Shown in pieces: positions 1 to 12,253 of a stretch of DNA of 64,000 nt. A program made the translations under genes and the position numbers. Origin of the DNA: Geosiphon pyriformis uo1 (taxonomy: Eukaryota > Fungi > Glomeromycota); the NCBI GenBank assembly GCA_016748015.1, contig JAAOMT010000543.1, positions 372,001 to 436,000 of the forward strand, in the 5' to 3' direction. The notes beneath the pieces were generated by a model. The model made no database searches, was not told the DNA's origin, and saw only the letters and a program-made list of their open reading frames with translations. Numbering within the stretch: the stretch's first letter is position 1; every line of letters starts with the position of its first letter.

Positions 1-3000
1 TTGGTTTTTTTTTTTTAAAGTTTATTAATCCACCTTATCTTTATCTTGTTATGTAACATATTTTTCAAAAATTCAAAAGATAATCTGCTGACAATCATGA
101 AGATTTTTAAATTGTGGGTTTGTGACCAAAAGCATTGTTTTTATAAAACCACATTTTCGGTAATCTGCTTATTGATTAAAGCTAAAAGTCAAATTTCATA
201 AATAAAAATTTTCTTCAAAGATTTGGAGACTTAACTTTGTTTCAGGTTATCTTTTGAAACTTTGTCGAACTTAAAAATATTTTAATAGTTTACAATTAAT
301 TTTAATTATTTTTGGAGAATTTTTTCTATGTATCTTGCTTACAGCTATTTTTGATCTATAAGCTAATATATATAAATTTGATGTAGTTCCAGACTACCAA
401 TTTCACAATATATTAAGGAACGGGCATTTTATGCTATTGAAAAAATGATCTAAACTCATTAAACTCGGGGTAAAAATGTATTAACCATTATTAAGTATCA
501 ACCCCACACGTTAACTGGTTTATACCTTTTTTTTTTCTTTGAAACTTATTTTTTGTAAGGAGGAATGAAAGAAAGTTTATAATCTAACAACCTTGATTAT
601 TTTTTTATCTACTTCTCGAATCAAACTTTGATGCACATTACGTCAAAAATGCATGATAAAAAAAAAATATTTCTTTAAATCTCTGAATGAAGAAATTCAG
701 CTTGGAAAATAGCAAAGTTGTTTCATATTGTCGAATAAAAAATTTTTTAATAAACGATTAAGCCACTTATTTCTGTTGTGTGATTAAGTTTCTTTTTTGT
801 ATTGAAAATGGATAGAGCTGAAAACGCCTACCACCCAGAATCCTGTTAGATGTGAATCATTTGAAACCTTTGAGAGAGTGACTTGTAACTTACAATGTTT
901 TCCTTTGGTTTGATTGCTATTATATAATCAAAATTAATGTGTGACAATGAAAATTTCATACAAACTTACCTGTGTAAATCTTTTCAATTCAAAACCATTG
1001 AAGTGTTTCAGGGTCACAATAAATGGTTGTAAGCAGCATCTGAATCAAGACCTGAACCCGATTTTTTGGAATATGCAGTATGCATTTCGTTTCAAAACCA
1101 AGGAGCCAGCAGATATTTTGAATTCGATTCTTGTTCCAAGATTAACTTTATTTTTGAAGTAAGATTACCTTTCTCGATCAACACTACTGTCAGCTTTTTG
1201 AGCGAACAGGATTTTTAACAGGAAAAGTAAGTATCACTTGAGGCCTATTAGACTCGACCTTTACACGAGATTGTTTGTATTGTCAATAAACAAACTTTTA
1301 TAAATATTGTTTTCAGGTTCAAAAATTTTGATTTCGTTAAAGGTGCGACCGCCAGTCGGAAAAATAAAATTTTACTTTGAACCGAAGAAGTTTTAAATCT
1401 TAACAAACGCCAAAAATATTTTATAGAATGGGGTTTTTTTTTCAATCAATTCATATTTTTCACGAAAATTAAACACTAAACTATTATAGGAAGTTTTCAA
1501 GCTTATCCCCCAATACAATATGGGTTCCTTGAAATGAAATTTTTTTCGAGTGACATAAAATAAAAGCTTAAACTCTATAAACCTGATGAAGAATCGATTT
1601 TGAATAATTTTCTTTTTTTAATTCATTGTAAAAAATATCGACCATTTTAATTGAAAAATAATAGGCCTTAAGATCCTAAAGGTAAAAAAAGGATTAACCA
1701 ATAATTAAAATTGTCTTAAAAGTAAATCAGTTTCTGTCGAATATTTGATTTCATTATAAATAAATCTTCGAATAATCACGTGTAGCTTCGGCAAAAATTA
1801 AATTGCTAGTATATATATAAATTTATTTTTAAACAAAAATTACTAATTTTATCAATAAATTTAAATATTGGGAAATTCAGAGTTTTGATATATTTGTTTT
1901 CCGATATAGTTTTTACGCCCGAAATCTAAATCATGACACATAGGTGTGTAATTCATTCGGAGCCTAAATAACCTAAATTCGATTCAAAATCTACAATTTA
2001 CTGTATATACATATTATAGTTTTTAATAAATTAATTAAAATCTAATACATTCAATTATTTGGATTAATATGTTTATTAACTGGCTCTCAGATTAATTTTT
2101 AATATCTTTCAATAATAAAGCAGTTCACCCTTTTAAGAAAACTTTAATTTTTTTTTAAGCGTTTTACAATATAAATCTCGTCTCAGAAGCTTGGATATAT
2201 GTTTTTCAAAAATCATATAAATCTTAAAATTAATCCTAACTCAAAATTAGCCTTTTTACCTTCAATTAAAGGTTCTGAAAATCTTTGATAAATAAAATTT
2301 TCAGAAAATATCATATTGATCCATTTATTCTTTAACAATTGATAATTAGGTTTGAAATATTTTTCTTATTTTTTTTCATATTCAAAAAATTTACAATTAA
2401 TTTTCATAAAATTCTTTCTGATTGTATGCCTAATTAATTATCTGAGAAAATAGTAGTTATTTGAATTTCAGCTATCAATTATGGTGAATTAAAATATTTT
2501 TTTTTTTGAAAATAAAAATTATGAGTTAAATTGTGATAAAGAAATTTTCCTCACAACATCTTAAAGTTACTTTTTAAATTAATTTTTCAAATAAAATAAG
2601 TCAAAAATTGTTTAATCAAAATTTCCCATTCTCTAACCATTTAAATCTCCAGTTTTTTTTTATAAATAAAACATATAAAAAATTTTCTGACACTAAAAAA
2701 GAATGTAATTAAGAATTTTTCTTTAATTCTGATTTTGAAAGTTGACAATCAATATTAAGGGTGAATCAAAATCTTTGGATTCTTTCAAGTTTATCATTAA
2801 AAGCAATTTTTAACAATACTTTTTCAAAATAAAGAAATTGCTAAAGTAATAATTCATACAAGTTGGTAATAGAAAAATATTTTCCCAAAAATATATACAT
2901 ATATAATATTTTAGGCTTTTTTCTAAAAATAACTTGGAACAGCTACCATTAGCAAAATTTCAACCACCACAATGACAAGATAACTATTAGTTCCCCCATA

Positions 3001-3118
3001 TTTTCACAGAATTGTGAGTTTCCACCTATCAAATCTCAGAGATCTATTCTCTTGCTACTCTTTTTGAAAGTTAATTAATCGATCTCAATATAACTAATTT
3101 TAAATACTTTCGTAAAAG

Positions 3119-3900
3119 ATGGAGCTAATTGAAATGAGCTATAAGAAACCCTTGGACCTCCAAAATGACACCGAATCAACACAGAATACGATAGGAAAAT
3201 CGGGTAAACAAAAATGGATCAAAAAATTCAAATCCTGGTTACAAAAATTTACCAAGAGTTCTAAGCTTAAAAATAAGGGAAACATTGCACTTCTCAATTT
3301 TCGGACCAAAATTGAGGCCACTCATTATTCAAACTCATCGTGTTCGGATAGGGCCTGAAATTAGTATTACAAACATGTCTAAGATATTATAATATAAGAG
3401 AGATATCAAGAAGCTCTAGTTTTCCCAAGGGCAAATACAATGCTAATTAAGCTATACAATATGGTTTCATTTGTATCTCAAAAAAAATGGAAAAACTACG
3501 AGGCTGTTGAGTATCTTGAAAAGGAGGATGCGGAAGAATTTCAATATATGAAGAGTAGACATATTACCATTATAACGACTTGATTTAATATTGGCATTCG
3601 ATATCTTTTTAACAGGAAGTTGTACATATGGCAGGCGACAAGAATGATCTACCAATGAACAGAATCTCTGCTTTGATTATTAGGCAGATGCGAAAAAAAA
3701 GCTAGCTCAATCATTGATTCTTGATCAAAGAATTTACAGATAGAAATTGGTCGAGATCTTCAATCTGATAATTTCAAATTGAACCTCTGAGCCTTCCTAA
3801 ATTTTAATAAAGTCCAAATCATCAATTCTTATTTCAAGTCTGGTTACTTAAATGCTGGAGCAAACGAAAATTTAACATTGAGGTATAGAAGCAAAATGGA
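3119..3900 (+). pseudogene. Degraded coding relic, family not identified
   Basis: Protein-like stretches (MELIEMSYKKPLDLQ..., MLIKLYNMVSFVSQKKWKNYEAVEYLEKEDAEEFQY, KNLQIEIGRDLQSDNFKLNL) in shifting frames with internal stops. Confidence 0.3.
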
Positions 3901-4304
3901 TGATGCAATTTTTTAATCATCCCTGAAAGCTTCATAGTACCTTTTATTGCAAAAGAACTTTGAATGCAAGACTATAGTGAAAATGACCACATTGTACCTG
4001 TACATCTTTTCAGACAGAAGATGCAATTTTGTGGAGAAAGATGCTGAAATTTTGTTAATACCATATATCTTGGAGATTCCAATTCTTCCAGTTAATTTAT
4101 CAACAGTAAAATCAATCTTTGACTATTCCACCAATATGGTGATTGATTTAAATCATTCCGTTATGTCAGATCAAGATATGTAGTGATAAATATTTCCATC
4201 GCTAAAATTCTAGATATAAAAAAAATAAACTTTTTTTTAAAAAAATATTTTAATTCATTCATTTATGTTTTCTGAAAGCTCGAAATTCATCTTGGCACTC
4301 ATCT

Positions 4305-5475
4305 ATGTCTAGCAACCTAGGCTCTCCTCGAAATTTACCCAAAAACGCTTTATTAATTCAAAACAGAAGGGAAAATAGTTTAGAAAATGGGTCAAGTTCC
4401 GACGGCGAATGTGACTACCATGGCTTCCCAATTGAATGGCCTCAACAAGAAAACATAGAAAAATGGTTAAACCTGAAATATTATATTAAGATACCCTTAT
4501 TCCAGATCAAGTTTCGTGCCTATCCTCAACCTATCAAGCTTCGCCAGCCATTCTCCAATATGGCATTGTTGATATATCACGTTGGTACACCATACTTGTC
4601 AATTTGCTTTAATGAAATGCAAGATGAATTGGTTGTGCCGTTGGAGGGAATCAAATTTTTACGACTATCAAAAGACAATCGGGATATTATTGTTAATTTA
4701 CATGATGATTGCCCCAAGAAGGTGGGCTTTTATTGTATTATCGAGTTTTCAATGGAATTCTCAAACCGAAATGGGAATATTAATTACTTTTCACTGCAGT
4801 ATGTACACCACTCTAAAGGATTTCCAGATAAAATGCATGCTAGGCCAACAGCAAATGACCCAACTGGCGGGATTTTTGATTCGACAAACGGTTTTATTGT
4901 CACTTCTCATTATTGTGTTCAGACTTGTACTATTAAATGGGTCGAATCAGCACTGAAAAAATGTAAGTCACAGGAGCAATACAATTACTACGAATATAAG
5001 GTGGGGGCAAAATGTTTGGAATATCTAGTTTTTAGACGAAAAATTGCTGAAGTCGGACCTTTTAGAAACAGCCAAAATCCAGTGCGGTCTTACATTATGA
5101 AATGGTGAGAGTGTTAACAATTTTAATGAAATCATCTGACAGTTGCTTAACAAATTTTCACGTTTCTGCTTTATTTCTAACCTAAACTTACTACTTTTTC
5201 CATCACCCATGATTTTATCTCTTTATTAAAATACGTAGTTATATATTACGTGTGTCTTTAGAGATGAAAATCGAGCAATCAAATTCCCAACCAATCAAAG
5301 ATTCCGCGATTTTACAAATATTATTTATAACAGGTTCAAGTATCAACTAAAAGAAGCTCAGGTTGAGGCAAAATATGGATATAGAGAATTAATTAATAAT
5401 GAAAGAGTTTGGCAAATTGCTATCCAGAAGGCAAGTGGACAGGGAGTAAGAAGGATGAAAGTGTTCATTTTTTAA
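4305..5475 (+). CDS. Hypothetical protein with C-terminal PB1-like (ubiquitin-fold) domain; 4 exons (4305-4721, 4800-5000, 5066-5104, 5239-5475)
   Basis: GT-AG introns at 4722-4799, 5001-5065 and 5105-5238 give one continuous frame. The last exon LYITCVFRDENRAIKFPTNQRFRDFTNIIYNRFKY...ELINNERVWQIAIQKASGQGVRRMKVFIF* resembles the PB1 pattern. Confidence 0.7.
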
Positions 5476-5680
5476 TGATGATGTAATTTATAAAAAAAAA
5501 GGTTTTATCTTAACTTTAAAAACCAACCAGCAAATAAGTTTGCTTTTTTTACTCCGCCAAGCCATCAATTTATTCCTTTTAACTATATGGGGTGTACTGC
5601 AACAAAACCAGACAAGGTGAACATGTGGAATAAGACAGTCAGAAAAATTCAAAAATTCAAAATCTTCTTCCTTACCATAT

Positions 5681-5885
5681 TTATTCATCTCGAATGAAGT
5701 CATGGAGAACCAATTCTCATGTTTAACAGGAATTTCTTTGCAAGATTGTACCTTTTGATATTGGCATCACAGTGAAAAGGAGGAAATGGTTGATGGTTGA
5801 ATGAAAGAATAATGAAGCTTCAGAGAGAGCAATATTCACTTCCATGCTTGTATTTCTTCCTTTGTTGGACACCAGGGATGAACAT
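5681..5885 (-). pseudogene. Fanzor (eukaryotic TnpB-like) C-terminal remnant, copy A
   Basis: Minus-strand translation across frameshifts: VHPWCP..GRNTSMEVNIALSEAS/IILSFNHQPFPPFHCDANIKRYNLAKKF.../HDFIRDE*. This matches the Zn-finger/RuvC-III tail (CP..RDxNAAxNIALSGASI.LS...QPLPPF) recalled for fungal Fanzor1 and is homologous to 10488-10597. Confidence 0.65.
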
Positions 5886-5939
5886 AATAAAAAATAACTC
5901 TGGAAAAACAAAATAGCCATGTCTTTGAAGAATTGTACT

Positions 5940-8900
5940 TATTTGTAATTGCTATATTTTTATAAATTTTGTATTGTGTCCGAATTTGTTTCATTTCTCA
6001 TCAAAAATGTTCCTTAACACAGTTATTAATTTCTTGCCAATGTTCAACACAATAAATCAGCAGAGGTTTTAGCACATTAGAAAAAAACTAAGTATAGATG
6101 TGAATATGTTTTCTTTTCTGAACAATAATTTTGCCATATATCCTTTTTGTTTGAGTCTTCTGTTTTTATTATTTTGGCTAGTTTTTTTTCGTATTTTTTA
6201 TCTACACTGTGTTTCTTCTTTTTTGCTGCTTTCTTTGGGGCTTTTTCAAAAAAAGAATATTATTAACAAGGTTTATGATAATTTTGTAAAGCTTGAAAAA
6301 AAGTTGACATTAAATACATATAGTATACTATTATTAGAGCTGTTTACAAAAACTTAAAAGTAGTTGATACTAGCAAAAATAGATTTAAGAGTTTTTAACA
6401 TTGTAACAAAAGCCACAACAATATTTGATCTTTTTCAAAAAAAATAATCTTTTGGCATAAAAAAAGATGTTTTGTGATTATTAGAAGTAGATTCTTTTAT
6501 TTTGAAGACAAATAAAAAGTTAAACAGTTGAACAAAATAATTAAAAAGACAACAAAACTGTCCTAATTTGATTTTTGCTATGTACTTATTCTTTATAAAC
6601 TTATTTAATGAGTTTGTATTCAAAAAAATTATAATAATATTTGTAATCTCTGTTATTTTCAAGATTTTATTTAATATATATTATAAGTTTTTATGTTTGT
6701 AAGTTATTTTGCTAATATTTTTTGTCTTATAGTTTTAAGCTGTTGGTAAATTCCAGACTTTAAATTCCATAGTGAATTTCTAATATATACTAATTTTATT
6801 TGGTTAAGCTTTAATTTTAAAATTTTTTTGTGTAAACTTTTTACAGTATTAATTAAGTCTTTAATTTGTAATATATAGTTTTTAACTAATGTTTATTTTC
6901 AAATGATTCAAAATTTAAATTTCTATGATTAGCATAAACTTGATAACATTAATTTTGCCTTTTTTTTGGTTTAAAATTCAATTTAAGAAAGATTTTGCCA
7001 AATTTTCTTAATAAATGCGCAATTTACTTGTTAACAAATATTAATTTTTATGCAAATTAAAGTTTGTAAATTTATTCAATTTATATTGAAAAATGTTTAA
7101 AAAATAACAGATTTTTTTTTCTGATTTAGTATAAATTGGTAATTCAGTTTTTATTATCAATTAAAATATTGTATTGTTTATAAAATACGTTGTATATGTA
7201 AGTACAATATATTGAGGTTTTATTATAAACTGATTAAAAATTTTAAATAAATAAAAAAAAGCCAGCAATAATAGCAATCCTGTTAATTAGTATTGCTAAT
7301 GGTATATATATTAGATTAAAGAATTTTAGAATTAATTATTATCTGTAAATTGTTAAAAGAAAATTAAAAATCTTTACTGTTGTTATTTTTTTCTTTTTTG
7401 CAAAATATTTTTTGTGGAAAGCTGTATATTAATATTTTATAATATTTTTGACTTGGTTAACATCTTTATAACAAACAAAAAAGCCCAAATAGTTTTTGTT
7501 AATGATTTTAATTCTGTTTTTTTTGGAATTTGAATTTTATGAAGATATTGTGTTTTTTATGCTGCTTATTTTTATTAAATACATTTTTAATAAGTAATTG
7601 CAATAATTTTTTAGTTTTTTTAATCTTTTATAAAACAGAAGCCAACTGTTTATTAATGATAGTTATTCTGAAAACATGATATTTGGTGCTTTGAATTTTT
7701 AAATAGTTGATTTAGATTTTACTTTTTTGTCGGTTTTTTTTGTTAAAAATCTTCATGCCATGCTGTTCTGGCTGGTACAAAGAAAAATTCAGATAATGTT
7801 ACACAAACTCTGGTGTAAATATTATCAATTTTAATGTTTATGGCAGATATGTATGTTTTTTTTAATAAAACTTGACAAAATGCATAATTTTTTGTTATAT
7901 TAACAATAGTTAAAAACACTTTTTTTTCAAATTAATTACTATACTAGTAGAATAGTTAAATTTTGCTGGTTTTTAAACAATTTTTAATGTTAGAAGCAGC
8001 ATTTTTATTTTTATGACTTCTAATATCAACACTTTTTGCCAAATGTTTATATTAATAAAAAAAAATTTTTATCTTTTATTATAGTGATTTTTTTCTTAAA
8101 AAATACTTAATTTTGAATTGAGTTACAAGATTATTTTTTGATAATTTTTTGGGATTTTTATTCTATTTTGAAACAGTTTGCATAATTATAAAGTTCTTAT
8201 ATGGTTCTATTTTCAGCTATAGTTTTATATTAATGGAAGATTTTTTATTATTTAAAACAATAGTAAAGAACTTTTTATTTAATAATGCTTTAATTTTGTA
8301 TTTATAACATAGTTTTATATGTTTTTCGAATTTTTTTTAAAATGTTCTTTTCAATTATTAATTTAAAAATTTGATTAAGTATTATGTAAAAAATTTTACT
8401 AACTTGTTTTCATCTTCTAAAAATGCAAAATAGGGAAAAAAATTATTAATAAACTAAAATTTTTTTTTATATATTCTAAATAACTGGAAACATTAAAATT
8501 TTTAAAATATATAATATTAATAAAACTTTAATGTCTTTTTACAAAGTTATATTTTTTACTGTTATCAAAAAAAATTTTAATATCCAAAAACTTTATAGTT
8601 TTTTTCATGTTTTTGTTAACTAAAAATTTGTGTATTCTAAAATCATAGTTTTAAGAAAAACTTTTGCAAGATCAAAACATTTAATATTTAAATTATTTAC
8701 AAAAAACACTTTTTCTAAATTAATTTGATATATGGTTGGTAAAAGTTAGTTAATGTAATAATAAATATTATAATAATCTAAAACAACATAAATCTTATAA
8801 TGTTTATAATTTTCCAGATAATATTACAAAAATCTTAAGTACTTAATAAATAAACTTTTTTTTAATAACCAATTGCTATTCTATATTAACTAAGCTGTGT

Positions 8901-10480
8901 TTTTAATAAAAAATCTGTTTTAAAATAGTTACAACAATATGGTAATTATTACTCATGTTTTTATTATTATTTGTTTATTTAAGAAATAAAATATTAAAAA
9001 AAATTAAAAATATCAATATTGAAAATAATAAAAAGATTTATTGGAATAATTATCAAAGATTTTTTTCTTATTTTTTTTTGATATTTATACTGTGGTAAAA
9101 TTTTTAATTTTTCAAAAACAGTTAAACAAATTAAAAACATTTATATTATTTGTATCAATTGTTTTATTGAATTTCTCAAGTGATCTTTAACATAGTCCTA
9201 TAGTAGCAAAGCTTAATTAATGTGCATTTTTGAAATTGTGCAGTTTCTGTAATATAATATATTTTTTTATAATTATTTTAAAGATTTTTTTTTGTAAAAA
9301 GAAAAAAGTAACAAATATAAATTGTACTTATATTACTAATTGCAGCAATTTTTTAATGTGTTATTGTTAATTAATGCATAATTTGCAGGCACTTTTTATT
9401 TAAGAACTGCTTTTTAAAATCTTTAAATTACAAATAAAGAAATTATTAATAAAATAAAATATATATATATTGTAACTATTTGCTTAACCAATTTTTGGCC
9501 AGTCCAAATAGATACTATGTTCTAATTGATAATATCAAATCTTTAATATCTTAAAAGCATAACTATATATAACATTTTTGTTTGTGTTTAAAAGATTTTG
9601 ACTGGTTTTTTATGTATAAAAAAACCACAATTTTGATCACATAAGATAAATGATGTCAATAAGCAGAAATACCCTCTTTAAAAGAACTGTATTTTCATTG
9701 AATATGACAAAACAAAAAAATTATTAAGATATTGCATGATTTGTTGTACCAAGGTAAACTTGTTTATTGCAGTGAGTTCAAACACAACTGAACCCAAGAA
9801 AGAAGATATTTTGTTGCTTATCAAAGGTTTTTCTTGGTCAGAAACTGAATCAAACACTCTGTTTGTTCTTGTCATGAATTTATCATTGTTATCTTTTAAG
9901 AATTGTTCCCCTTCAAAAGCCTGTATAAAAAAAGATCTCTTTATGAAAATCTAAAACCCCATATCAGGACCAATGAATTTTGGTTAAAAGTAAACACATT
10001 TGATGCATCTTCAGGATAAAACGTTTTTATACATGTTATAGACAAAAGTTTCTCACTGTTTGATACTTTTTTTTGTTCTTTACTCAATGCAGTAATAGGA
10101 TGAGCCAAAACTACAACAGCCCCGATTATAATGGCAGAGATGGTTAATTGTTCCTAAGATTCCATAAAAGATGGTCTTTGCTCAGTGCTTTTTCACCAAG
10201 ATTGCACACTGTCAAAAAATCAAAATTAGTTAATCAAAGCTTGATGTATTAACTAATTTTTTTCGTCATCTGGCATATCAAATTTACATATTAACCTTTG
10301 ATCCTACCTCATATTTTTTCATGTGTCATGATGTATTATGTAAAAAAGATAATAAAGTTCTTTTTAAGTTATCAAAAGCCATGCAGAAATGAGATATTTA
10401 ACTCAACACTTGCCTATAATAGATCACAGGGCATTTTAAAAGCAATATATAGCACTGAATTATAAATTATCTTTTATTTG
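5940..10480. mobile_element. Hypermutated AT-rich repeat/TE relic block (unclassified)
   Basis: Sharp drop in GC, almost no CpG, stop-riddled ghost reading frames, no intact ORF. Confidence 0.5.
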
Positions 10481-10487
10481 TAATGGT

Positions 10488-10597
10488 GATGAAGGCCCAA
10501 AAAGAGCTATGTTCACCACCGCGTTTGCATCTCTTCCTCTTGTGGTGTGGTTGATCCTCCTTGCTGGACACCAGGGATGAACTCATTCGATGGCCCC
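10488..10597 (-). pseudogene. Fanzor (TnpB-like) Zn-finger/RuvC-III remnant, copy B
   Basis: Translates GAIE*VHPWCPARRINHTTRGRDANAVVNIALFG. It contains the RDxNAxxNI RuvC-III motif after a CxxxxC pair whose first Cys has become TGA. Confidence 0.75.
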
Positions 10598-10940
10598 AAT
10601 GTTATGCCCAGCTCTGAGGTAAAAGGAATTCAAGGCGAATATCTCCTTTATAACTAATTCCAAGCTATCTTGGTGACGGACGGGATAACAGCGATGGTAT
10701 TCTGATTGCTGAGGAGGAAGCCAGGAAAAAGATAAAGATAATGCCTTTTCATTAATGAAAGTCAAAATTGCTTGATCTTCATTTTGTCTGGTTTTTTTGC
10801 ACATAAAACAGCTTCCCGATTAAATCAAATAAAAAAATTAAAATTTACTTAATGTCAAAATGGCTATTGCAATTAAAAGCACGATCAGACAAAAATCAAA
10901 GAATTGATAAAGTATGATCCTGCCTTCAGCCAAATGAATT

Positions 10941-11002
10941 AAAAAAGCTAGCAAAATTGTGAAAATAAATCAAAAAAGCTAGCAAAATTATGAAAATAAA
11001 TC
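10941..11002 (+). repeat. 31-bp tandem duplication (2 copies, 1 mismatch)
   Basis: aaaaaagctagcaaaatt(g/a)tgaaaataaatc occurs twice in tandem. Confidence 0.85.
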
Positions 11003-11178
11003 AAAAATTTTTATGCCAGTTGCCACAAACCTTTGAATTGTATCTAAAAAAATTCAAGTCATTTTGAATATTGATCCATTTCATATAAAAGACACTATAG
11101 AAGACTTCTTTTTTTATTCTATTCAAAATTTGAATATCACTAATTATCATTTCAAATTATTACGATAACAATCTAAAA

Positions 11179-12238
11179 ATGCCCTCATTTCTACCTCACA
11201 CCTTGGGAATTGTTTTATTTGTAGTAGCAACTGTGACTCTATTATGGGGCTTAATTTCATTTCGTAATCACTTATCCCTACGATATTTTAGCTCGCCTTC
11301 TTTCCCAGATAGTATAAAATCAACATACCGGTTCGAGATGACCAAAGCAATTGAAAATGTTTCTTTAATAGCTTTCACCCAATTGGAACCGGATGACTTG
11401 CCCGAATCCGGGTATTTATACTTAATGATTCCTTCTGGTAAATATTTCTAATCGTTAATAAATTCCCAGATATCCCAAAGAGCTTTGTGTTGACATAATC
11501 TATCAAATTTTTATTACTAGAATTTTTTGGGATGCCTGTAAACATGCTTCCATCGTCAATACAACCTCTACTTAAACTGAAGCCATCGACAATAGACCTT
11601 GAACTCATTAGTCAACACGAAATAGACTATATAATGAAAATGGATTTGACTCGGACGAATCACCCATCAATAAAGTTTGATCAGAGAGCTGTAACTCTCC
11701 AACCACTCTTCTTTTATCAAAAACGACAAGCAGTCTTAAAAGAGCTTGGTGGTAAAATTTTTTTAAAAGCTTGTGTAGAGAATTTTTGTAGGTTTGTGAT
11801 AAATAATTTCTTTGTAGCTTAAAGAAGCTAGTTGTCTGGAATTTTGTGAGAAGCCCAGAATAAATATAAAGACATCTTTTGCATTCAGTGGCTAATTTTT
11901 CTCAAGGAGAAGCAACTATATTACGAAATATCTATTTTAATTCCCTTTGGGAATTAATTAGCCGATTAGTTATCCATTTTAAGGAAATTGAATTTTCCGC
12001 TGCAATTTCACACAGCTTGAAACTTTTTTTGGAAACTCAATTGGCTCTAAGTTTTAAAATTTTCACTATTTTGCGTAAACAATATCTTGAGTATCGGGAT
12101 CGTGGTCGACCAATAAGAAATCAGTATAATCATAGTTTTTCTCAAGTCCAAGTGATGCGGCAATCTCCTCTAAATCTCTATATTGAGCTTCGTATTCCTC
12201 GGTGTAAGCTTCTGGATTTTCTTCATACCACAAGATAA
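11179..12238 (+). CDS. Hypothetical protein with N-terminal TM/signal anchor; 3' end uncertain, possibly pseudogenised
   Basis: Exons 11179-11437 and 11522-11751 splice in frame (..LMIPS-EFFGMPVNML..). Hydrophobic LGIVLFVVATVTLLWGLI lies near the N-terminus. Every downstream frame hits stops around 11820-11895. Confidence 0.45.
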
Positions 12239-12253
12239 TATTATTTACTTCTT

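Noticed and set aside
830-1445. Minus-strand exon-like relic with several TGA stops and a GTAAGT donor near 969
   Set aside because: No recognisable motif; too degraded to call.
9680-10170. Possible secreted-protein relic on the minus strand (ISAIIIGAVVVLAHP...)
   Set aside because: Many stops and frameshifts; no identifiable family.
5810-10582. Direct repeats 4.7 kb apart read as LTRs
   Set aside because: No TG..CA ends, PBS, PPT or TSD; the repeats translate as Fanzor-like protein fragments.
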